Assembly (NCBI GenBank): GCA_964354495.1
Contig: CAYHAA010000004.1
Span: 1 to 32,000 of the forward strand
Reading direction: 5' to 3'
Length of the DNA: 32,000 nt
DNA from: an uncultured archaeon
GTDB taxonomy: Archaea > Asgardarchaeota > Thorarchaeia > Thorarchaeales > Thorarchaeaceae
Made by a program: the position numbers and the translations under genes. Below, piece after piece: positions 25,701 to 32,000 of the stretch. Below the pieces are notes generated by a model. It was not told the DNA's origin. It was given only the letters and a program-made list of their open reading frames with translations, and searched no databases. Position 1 is the stretch's first letter. Each line of letters begins with the position of its first letter.

Positions 25701-26135
25701 TCAAGGTGCCCAACCTAGAAAGAACCAGTAGAGACCAAGGGCAAAGGCAAGTAGCCAAATACCAATTGTCAGAAGCATGAAGGGCTTCGTTCTCTTGATC
25801 AGCTTGCCGGGCATTCCCCCCTTAATTAGAAAGACCAACACCAGAAGTGCTCCTAGTCCAATTGCCAGGAGGCCAACGATATCATGAAGGATCTGATACC
25901 AATAGAGAAGGGGATTTGAGAAACTAATCGAGAGCCGGTTTAATGCCACTGGTATCATCCAGAATCCAACAGTGAGAATATGAAGAAGAACAACGAGCCA
26001 TATAGCTCGGTGATGGATCTTAAAGTTCCTCCTCTTGCGAGAGCCATATGCCCATCCAACAATTAGTGCGCCGAGTACAAAGATCTCGATGACCAGTACA
26101 AGAACCGATATCGGTATTCCAAATATTGTCTGCAT
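25701..26135 (-). CDS. 4-TM membrane protein (DUF420-like)
   Basis: Four hydrophobic helices with His residues (KIHHR, LLH, LHDIVG). Confidence 0.65.
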   Translation of the reverse strand: MQTIFGIPISVLVLVIEIFVLGALIVGWAYGSRKRRNFKIHHRAIWLVVLLHILTVGFWMIPVALNRLSISFSNPLLYWYQILHDIVGLLAIGLGALLVLVFLIKGGMPGKLIKRTKPFMLLTIGIWLLAFALGLYWFFLGWAP

Positions 26136-26304
26136 CTCAAGTACCTCGCTTTAATTCGCCTCAATTGGCAGAATCCATTTCAGCTTTGAATTTCTTGTGT
26201 GCAAGTCAGGCATATGAAATACACGGTCGCACAGGTTGTATCATGATTGAAAGAAAGACTATTAGCCACGGATGCGAATAGCAGGGAGATGGTGGATTCT
26301 TAAT

Positions 26305-26778
26305 ATGACGAGAATGAGAGCTCTTGTTTTGTGCGCGCTGGTCTTTCTTGTGACCACCGCATACCAGCCAATGCATGCAGAGGGGCACGCACCAGGTCCA
26401 GTGACTCTTGAATACGACACCGAAACCGAAGTGTTGACTGTTACTGTGACTCATGTGACTGAGAATGTCAATACGCACTACGTCTACCAGATAGTGATAG
26501 AAAAGAACTCAATTCAATACACAACAAGGAGCTACACAAACCAGAGCAGCGCCTCAGGCGTGTCGGATACCTTCAATATCTCTGCGTCTGCTGGGGACAT
26601 TCTACGAGCTACTGCAAAGTGTAGTGTAAGTGGCCAGGGCTCTGGTCAACTTACTGTACCCGGAGCCACGACGACAACGGCAACAACCAGCGATGACACA
26701 CTTCCGACGCCTATTCTTGTCGCTCTCATATCTCTAGGTATTGTCGCTGCGATAGTGTTCGTTATGAAAAGACGATGA
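26305..26778 (+). CDS. Exported, C-terminally anchored beta-sandwich protein with candidate His/Cys metal site
   Basis: Signal peptide, GHAP...VTH...THYV...AKC, Thr-rich linker, TM then KRR. Confidence 0.75.
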   Translation: MTRMRALVLCALVFLVTTAYQPMHAEGHAPGPVTLEYDTETEVLTVTVTHVTENVNTHYVYQIVIEKNSIQYTTRSYTNQSSASGVSDTFNISASAGDILRATAKCSVSGQGSGQLTVPGATTTTATTSDDTLPTPILVALISLGIVAAIVFVMKRR

Positions 26779-26797
26779 TCATGCGTGGATGATTATC

Positions 26798-28090
26798 CTA
26801 GGTAATGTCCGGGGCGTGCTTATGCTCGGCTTCGGCGACCAACTTGATACTCCTTAGTAGTTCAAGCTCTCGTTCCTTGTTCTTGAACAGCACATAGAAC
26901 AGGATTATTGCCAGAACATACAGTCCAGCAACGACAAAGTATGGTGTCTGATACATTCCTATGGCTAGAAACCAGCCTCCAATGTTGGCAGCGATTCCGC
27001 GGACGAGAGAGTCGCCTGTACGTACAACACCTACCGCGGTTGCCCGCTCCTCTTTTGTCAGACCTTCCATAAAGAACGCATTTGAAACTGGACCAGCCAT
27101 GTTCATGAGAACGTTTCTGACAATGTATCCTGTCACAGCTATCGGTAGACTTTCTGCCAGGCCTATCATGAGCAGAAAGGGAAGAGAGAGCGCCTCAGTG
27201 AACACAACCGTCTTCACCTTGCCAATCCTGTCGGCTAGAGCAGGCGCAAGGAAACTCCCTGAAGAGAGAACAATGGTATTGATTCCGAAGATGATACCGA
27301 TGACTTCAGAGTTGGCTGAGAAACGATATTTGAAAAAGAGATTGAAGAAACTCACAATTACACCAGCACCCATACCGACGACCGTGACAGTAGAGGCGTA
27401 TTTTCCGATGAACTCCCAGTTTGTGACGTTCTTGAGGCCAAGCTGAGGTGTCGATTGTCCTGGCTCATCATTGGTCATGAACACGATCAGCATCAGCGAG
27501 ATGGCAGATGGAACGAGTGTTACTAGCAGAGTAAGGCGATACGCGGGCACGCTCTCTGCGAGAAAGCCAAACATGCCTGAGAACAATCCTGGCAGGAATC
27601 CGCCGAAGAGATTACCAATGAATAGGGCCAGAAGCGAAACTCCGTGACTGAAGCCGAATAAGTGCGCACGCTCTTCATCAGTGGAGAGATCGGTCATGTA
27701 GGGCGACCACGCGACTTGTGTGAAAGCCCCCGAGATGCCAATCAACACCGCAGATGAAACTAGTGCAAGACTGTCGAGAGTAAGATATTGGAATGCAACA
27801 AACGAGAAGGATATGGCATTCGAAACCAGCAGTATCTTCTTGCGGCTCTGCCTATCTGTCAGCAGTCCCGCTATGAAGGAGATGCCAGCAGTTGCGAACA
27901 TTGAGATAGAGAGAAAGAATCCGATGAAGTCCGCTGAGTGAATGCCTTCACCTTCAAGGTATAGATTGAAGACAACACTGTTGATGCCATTCGCAAAAGC
28001 ACCGGTTGACATAATCAGAATGTAGAGCCGGGCATCTCGCTTGAAGAGACGCAACTTGTCGACATAGCCCAGCTTTTCTGTATCACCCAA
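26798..28090 (-). CDS. Major facilitator superfamily transporter
   Basis: About 12 TM; motif A-like GLLTDRQSRK and LADRIGKVK. Confidence 0.92.
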   Translation of the reverse strand: MGDTEKLGYVDKLRLFKRDARLYILIMSTGAFANGINSVVFNLYLEGEGIHSADFIGFFLSISMFATAGISFIAGLLTDRQSRKKILLVSNAISFSFVAFQYLTLDSLALVSSAVLIGISGAFTQVAWSPYMTDLSTDEERAHLFGFSHGVSLLALFIGNLFGGFLPGLFSGMFGFLAESVPAYRLTLLVTLVPSAISLMLIVFMTNDEPGQSTPQLGLKNVTNWEFIGKYASTVTVVGMGAGVIVSFFNLFFKYRFSANSEVIGIIFGINTIVLSSGSFLAPALADRIGKVKTVVFTEALSLPFLLMIGLAESLPIAVTGYIVRNVLMNMAGPVSNAFFMEGLTKEERATAVGVVRTGDSLVRGIAANIGGWFLAIGMYQTPYFVVAGLYVLAIILFYVLFKNKERELELLRSIKLVAEAEHKHAPDIT

Positions 28091-28206
28091 CGTGCGTGTC
28101 TCCAGAAGGAAATCCTTGGGACTCGCAACGATTGTGGCATGCCTTTATGCATTCCTGAATGAACACAACGCCAAGGCTTAATTGAGGGGATGGAAACTCA
28201 GTAAGT

Positions 28207-29250
28207 ATGAAGACTATCGACCTTCGCAGCGACACCGTGACACTCCCGACCGATGAGATGATCGAGGCTATAGTCACGGCTCACCGACAGAACAAGTTCG
28301 GCGATGATGTCAATGGAGAAGATCAGGTTGTCAACGAGCTACAAGAGAAGGCGGCGCGCATTCTAGGAAAGGAGGCAGCACTCTTGGTGACATCAGGAAC
28401 CCAAGGCAACGTCATTGCGCTTCTCTCACAGACCTCCCGCGGTGATGAGGTCGTCGTGGAGGAGATGTCACATACCTATCTCTTTGAGGCTGGTTCGATG
28501 TCTTCGCTGGGAGGCCTCTTCCCCAAGCCTGTCAAGGGAGTCAGAGGATACATCCTTCCTGAAACCCTTGCTTCTTCTATCAACAGTGATGATGCCCATC
28601 TCGCAAGGACATCAATGGTCGTGATCGAGAACACTCACAACTATGCGGGCGGCACGATTATCAGACCAAAGCAAATCAAGGCTCTGGCGGCTGTGGCACG
28701 AGATCATGGTCTCAAGATACACTGTGATGGAGCACGGCTGTTCAATGCTTCAGTCGCTCTAGATGTTCCTGCAAAGAAGCTAATTGAAGAGGTGGACACT
28801 GTTCAGATTTGTCTGAGCAAGGGGCTCTCCGCGCCGGTCGGCTCAATCATAGCAGGAACTGAGGAGTTCATTCACGAGGCTCATCGAACAAGGAAGAAAC
28901 TCGGCGGAGGAATGAGGCAGGCGGGAATCATTGCGGCACCTATGATTGTTGCCCTCGAAAAGATGGTTTCCCGACTGAGAGAGGATCACGAGAATGCCAA
29001 GATACTGTATCACAACTTAGCCGATATTCCGAATCTAATCATCGAAGAGCCAGAGACCAACATACTATTCCTTGTGCTTGACAAACTACCTATCAATGCA
29101 AAGAGACTCTCCGAGGAGTTGGCAAAGGAGAAGATTCTCGTCTATGGCGAGTACGGCAATCGCTCTAGGTTTGTGCTTAACCGAATGGTCAATCGAGAAG
29201 ATGTTGTCAGAGCTAGCGACGTGATAAGAACGATTCTGACGACTCTCTGA
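28207..29250 (+). CDS. ltaE: Low-specificity L-threonine aldolase (PLP-dependent)
   Basis: IDLRSDTVT, SGTQGN, ENTHN, HCDGARLFNA, CLSKGLSAPVGS. Confidence 0.93.
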   Translation: MKTIDLRSDTVTLPTDEMIEAIVTAHRQNKFGDDVNGEDQVVNELQEKAARILGKEAALLVTSGTQGNVIALLSQTSRGDEVVVEEMSHTYLFEAGSMSSLGGLFPKPVKGVRGYILPETLASSINSDDAHLARTSMVVIENTHNYAGGTIIRPKQIKALAAVARDHGLKIHCDGARLFNASVALDVPAKKLIEEVDTVQICLSKGLSAPVGSIIAGTEEFIHEAHRTRKKLGGGMRQAGIIAAPMIVALEKMVSRLREDHENAKILYHNLADIPNLIIEEPETNILFLVLDKLPINAKRLSEELAKEKILVYGEYGNRSRFVLNRMVNREDVVRASDVIRTILTTL

Positions 29251-29337
29251 ATCGATGAAACCATAGTCAGGTCTTGCAGTCATCAATCATTGCTCGGATA
29301 TGTCTCGTCCAGCGCAGAGCCATCTCGATCGGGGCAA

Positions 29338-29745
29338 TCAGTCAGGAATCTGACAGAGCTCCAACAACACGCCTCCTGAAGCCTTGGGATGAACGAAGGC
29401 TATCTTCACCCCATGAGCGCCTATGCGCGGATGCTCATCTATGAGCTTTGCACCAACATTCTTGAGTGCCGCGAGGGCTTTCTCGATATCATCAACCTTC
29501 AGAGAGATGTGATGCAATCCTCCACCTCTCTTCTCGAGAAACCCGGAGATGGGGCTGTCAGGAGAAGTGGGTTCAAGAAGCTCGATTCGACCATCTCCAA
29601 TTGTCAGAAACGCAGTGCGGACTTTTTGTTCTGCCACAACTTCTGACCCTTTGAGCTTCAAACCGAGCACATCACGATAGAAACCAATCCATTTGTCAAT
29701 ACTCTCTACAGCAATCCCAATGTGATCAATTCTTTCGATTTTCAT
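29338..29745 (-). CDS. mce: Methylmalonyl-CoA epimerase
   Basis: IDHIGIAV, IELLEP, GLHHISL, FVHPK...GVLLEL; GAGGTG SD before ATG 29745. Confidence 0.93.
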   Translation of the reverse strand: MKIERIDHIGIAVESIDKWIGFYRDVLGLKLKGSEVVAEQKVRTAFLTIGDGRIELLEPTSPDSPISGFLEKRGGGLHHISLKVDDIEKALAALKNVGAKLIDEHPRIGAHGVKIAFVHPKASGGVLLELCQIPD

Positions 29746-29755
29746 AGTCAACACC

Positions 29756-31426
29756 TCATAGAACATCCGGTGCCTTATACTCTCCGAAGACTTCTCGCAA
29801 CACATTGCATATCTCCCCTATTGTTGCGTAGGCTCTGACAGCATTCAGAATGAGAGGCATCAAGTTGTCATCTCCCTTGGCGCCAGTCTTCAGGGCAGAG
29901 AGAGCTCGCTTGATGTCGGACTTCTTACGATGAGACCTGACCTCTTCGAGCCGTCCGATCTGTTCAGCCTCAGCAAGGGGATTGACACGGAGATAGTCAA
30001 ACTGCTGCTCCTCATCAACAACATACTCATTCACACCCACAACAATCCTGTCCTTCTTGTCCACTGTAGTCTGGAAGTCATAGGCGCTGTTGTGAATCTC
30101 ACGCTGCATGTATCCATTCTCAATTGCCGCGGGCGCGCCGCCCATTCTTTCGATTTTCTCGATGTACTCCAACGCCTTCTTCTCAATATCGTTGGTCAAT
30201 GACTCGATAAAGTATGATCCCGCAACAGGATCAATAGTATCCGCCACTGCGGTCTCATGCGCGATTATCTGCTGGGTCCTGAGAGCTATTTGAACTGACT
30301 TCTCTGTAGGCAGAGAGAGAGCTTCGTCTCTGGAGTTGGTATGAAGAGACTGCGTTCCGCCGAGTACAGCTTGTAGTGCCTGAAGGGTCACACGAACAAT
30401 GTTGTTGTCAGGTTGCTGCGCAGTCAGTGTATAACCAGCTGTCTGAGTATGAAACCGCATTGTACAGGACCTGTCATCTTTGGCCTTGAACTGCTCTCGC
30501 ATGATTCGAGCCCAGAGACGCCGTGCGGCTCTAAACTTGGCAATCTCTTCAAAGAACTCGCTTGCAGATCCGAAGAAGAAGGACAGGCGGGAGGCAAAAG
30601 AGTCGACATCGAGGCCCGCATCCATGGCAGCCTTCACATAGGCGATTCCATTGGCAATCGTGAATGCGACCTCCTGTACTGCTGTGGATCCAGCCTCTCG
30701 TATATGATAGCCACTGATAGAGATGGTATTGAAGAGAGGCATCCTCTCGGAACAGAACTTGAAGATGTCCGTAATCAGACGCATAGAAGGTGCAGGCGGA
30801 AAGATGTATGTTCCTCGAGCTGCGTATTCCTTTAGGATATCATTTTGAATAGTACCACGGAGTTTCTCCATCGGCACTCCCTGTTTCTCACCGACAGCAA
30901 TGTACATGGCTAGCAGAACCGCCGCGGGTGAGTTTATCGTCATTGATGTACTCACCCTGTCCAAGGGTATTCCATTGAACAGCATTTCCATATCTTCTAA
31001 TGTGTCAATGGCCACGCCGACCTTTCCAACCTCTCCGCTGGCCAATTCATGGTCCGAGTCATACCCTATCTGCGTTGGTAGGTCAAATGCAACAGAGAGG
31101 CCGGTCTGCCCCTGTTCCAGAAGAAACCGAAACCGCTTGTTTGTTTCTGCAGCGGTCGCAAATCCACTGTATTGCCTCATAGTCCAGAGACGTCCCCGGT
31201 ATCCAGTGGTCTGTACACCTCGGGTGAAGGGATACTCACCGGGAAAACCAAGGTCTCTTTGATAGTCCAGCTCCTCCACATCAAGTGGCGTGTATAGTCG
31301 CTTCACAGGCAGACCTGATACGGTCTTGAAGCTCTCATGTCTCTCAGGGGACTTATCCACAGTCTTCTTGACTTCAGTGTCTTCCCACCGTTCCACCGCA
31401 TCTGAGAGCTTTTTCTTGTCTTGCAT
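29756..31426 (-). CDS. Methylmalonyl-CoA mutase large (substrate-binding) subunit, split type without the B12-binding domain
   Basis: [15 protein letters not shown] (Tyr specificity residue typical of methylmalonyl-CoA mutases), [30 protein letters not shown]. Confidence 0.93.
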   Translation of the reverse strand: MQDKKKLSDAVERWEDTEVKKTVDKSPERHESFKTVSGLPVKRLYTPLDVEELDYQRDLGFPGEYPFTRGVQTTGYRGRLWTMRQYSGFATAAETNKRFRFLLEQGQTGLSVAFDLPTQIGYDSDHELASGEVGKVGVAIDTLEDMEMLFNGIPLDRVSTSMTINSPAAVLLAMYIAVGEKQGVPMEKLRGTIQNDILKEYAARGTYIFPPAPSMRLITDIFKFCSERMPLFNTISISGYHIREAGSTAVQEVAFTIANGIAYVKAAMDAGLDVDSFASRLSFFFGSASEFFEEIAKFRAARRLWARIMREQFKAKDDRSCTMRFHTQTAGYTLTAQQPDNNIVRVTLQALQAVLGGTQSLHTNSRDEALSLPTEKSVQIALRTQQIIAHETAVADTIDPVAGSYFIESLTNDIEKKALEYIEKIERMGGAPAAIENGYMQREIHNSAYDFQTTVDKKDRIVVGVNEYVVDEEQQFDYLRVNPLAEAEQIGRLEEVRSHRKKSDIKRALSALKTGAKGDDNLMPLILNAVRAYATIGEICNVLREVFGEYKAPDVL

Positions 31427-31432
31427 CCCAGT

Positions 31433-32000
31433 TCACCTGCTCTCACTGAACAAGAATTCTGCAATGAGCTGCTCTGCAACCGTGTACGGATCCTTCTTGC
31501 GCTGTGCTATCATTCGGATTGCCTTCTCATATGCGGGCTTTCCTTGCAGCTTACTCGAGAGTTCCTGTGTTAGTTTGTATTTCATGATGCTCTGTAGCTC
31601 TTCCCTGCTGTGCTGGAGACCCTTCTGTTCAAGCAGGCTGGAGTCTTTGAGATACTTGAAATGCTCCAGTAGCTTGTCAGCAAGTTCTGTAACACCATCT
31701 CCGGTCCGAGAATTCGTAAGCAGGACTGGAGGCCTCCACGGACGCTCACGTGGATCAGTATCCAACATCGTGTTAATCTCAGCGACTTTCTTATCAGCTC
31801 CAGGGTAGTCACTCTTATTCACGACAAAGATGTCTGCAATCTCCATGATGCCTGCCTTTATCGCTTGGATGTCATCACCGCTTCCTGGCACATCGATTAC
31901 TATCACAGTATGCGCAATCTCTATGACCTCGACCTCTGACTGACCCGTGCCCACAGTCTCTACAAAGATGATATCCTTGCCAGATGCATCGACTGCCCTG
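31433..32000 (-). CDS. meaB: MeaB/ArgK mutase-associated GTPase, 3' part (gene starts beyond the window)
   Basis: IFVETVGTGQSE, GDDIQAIKAGIMEIADIFVVNKSD; adjacent to the mutase. Confidence 0.92.
   Translation of the reverse strand, partial: RAVDASGKDIIFVETVGTGQSEVEVIEIAHTVIVIDVPGSGDDIQAIKAGIMEIADIFVVNKSDYPGADKKVAEINTMLDTDPRERPWRPPVLLTNSRTGDGVTELADKLLEHFKYLKDSSLLEQKGLQHSREELQSIMKYKLTQELSSKLQGKPAYEKAIRMIAQRKKDPYTVAEQLIAEFLFSESR

Noticed and set aside
1-32000. CRISPR arrays, rRNA, Sec/Pyl recoding
   Set aside because: No regularly spaced repeats or rRNA-like sequence; recognised proteins end where their families normally end, so no readthrough is needed

Overview
Archaeal window. Gene content and protein styles suggest an Asgard archaeon, probably Thorarchaeia; this is inference from a membrane-fused longin-like domain, SBBP-type surface propellers and a split archaeal-type mutase. 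The housekeeping genes cover acyl-CoA/propionate metabolism (carboxyltransferase, biotin ligase, methylmalonyl-CoA epimerase, mutase large subunit, partial MeaB), a geranylgeranyl-reductase-family enzyme, threonine aldolase, RNase HIII-like nuclease, metallophosphoesterase, MFS transporter and dodecin. The first 17 kb are accessory-rich. (i) An AT-rich block (~550-5000: S8 protease, membrane-tethered wHTH, PepSY-like protein, nucleotidyltransferase) lies between an intact carboxyltransferase gene and a ~80% identical 5'-truncated copy of it. (ii) A 1268-aa protein combines an acidic tail, four HTH-like subrepeats, a two-motif LAGLIDADG domain and a terminal HTH, and its GC content switches sharply at a repeat boundary. 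(iii) A TFB-core (cyclin-fold) paralog without a zinc ribbon is coupled to an unannotated 53-aa ORF. (iv) A surface beta-propeller gene sits between an intact reductase gene and an 80% identical copy of its 5' end. No tRNA, rRNA, CRISPR array, integrase or transposase was recognised. GC and identity values come from hand-counted 60-nt samples, not full computation.
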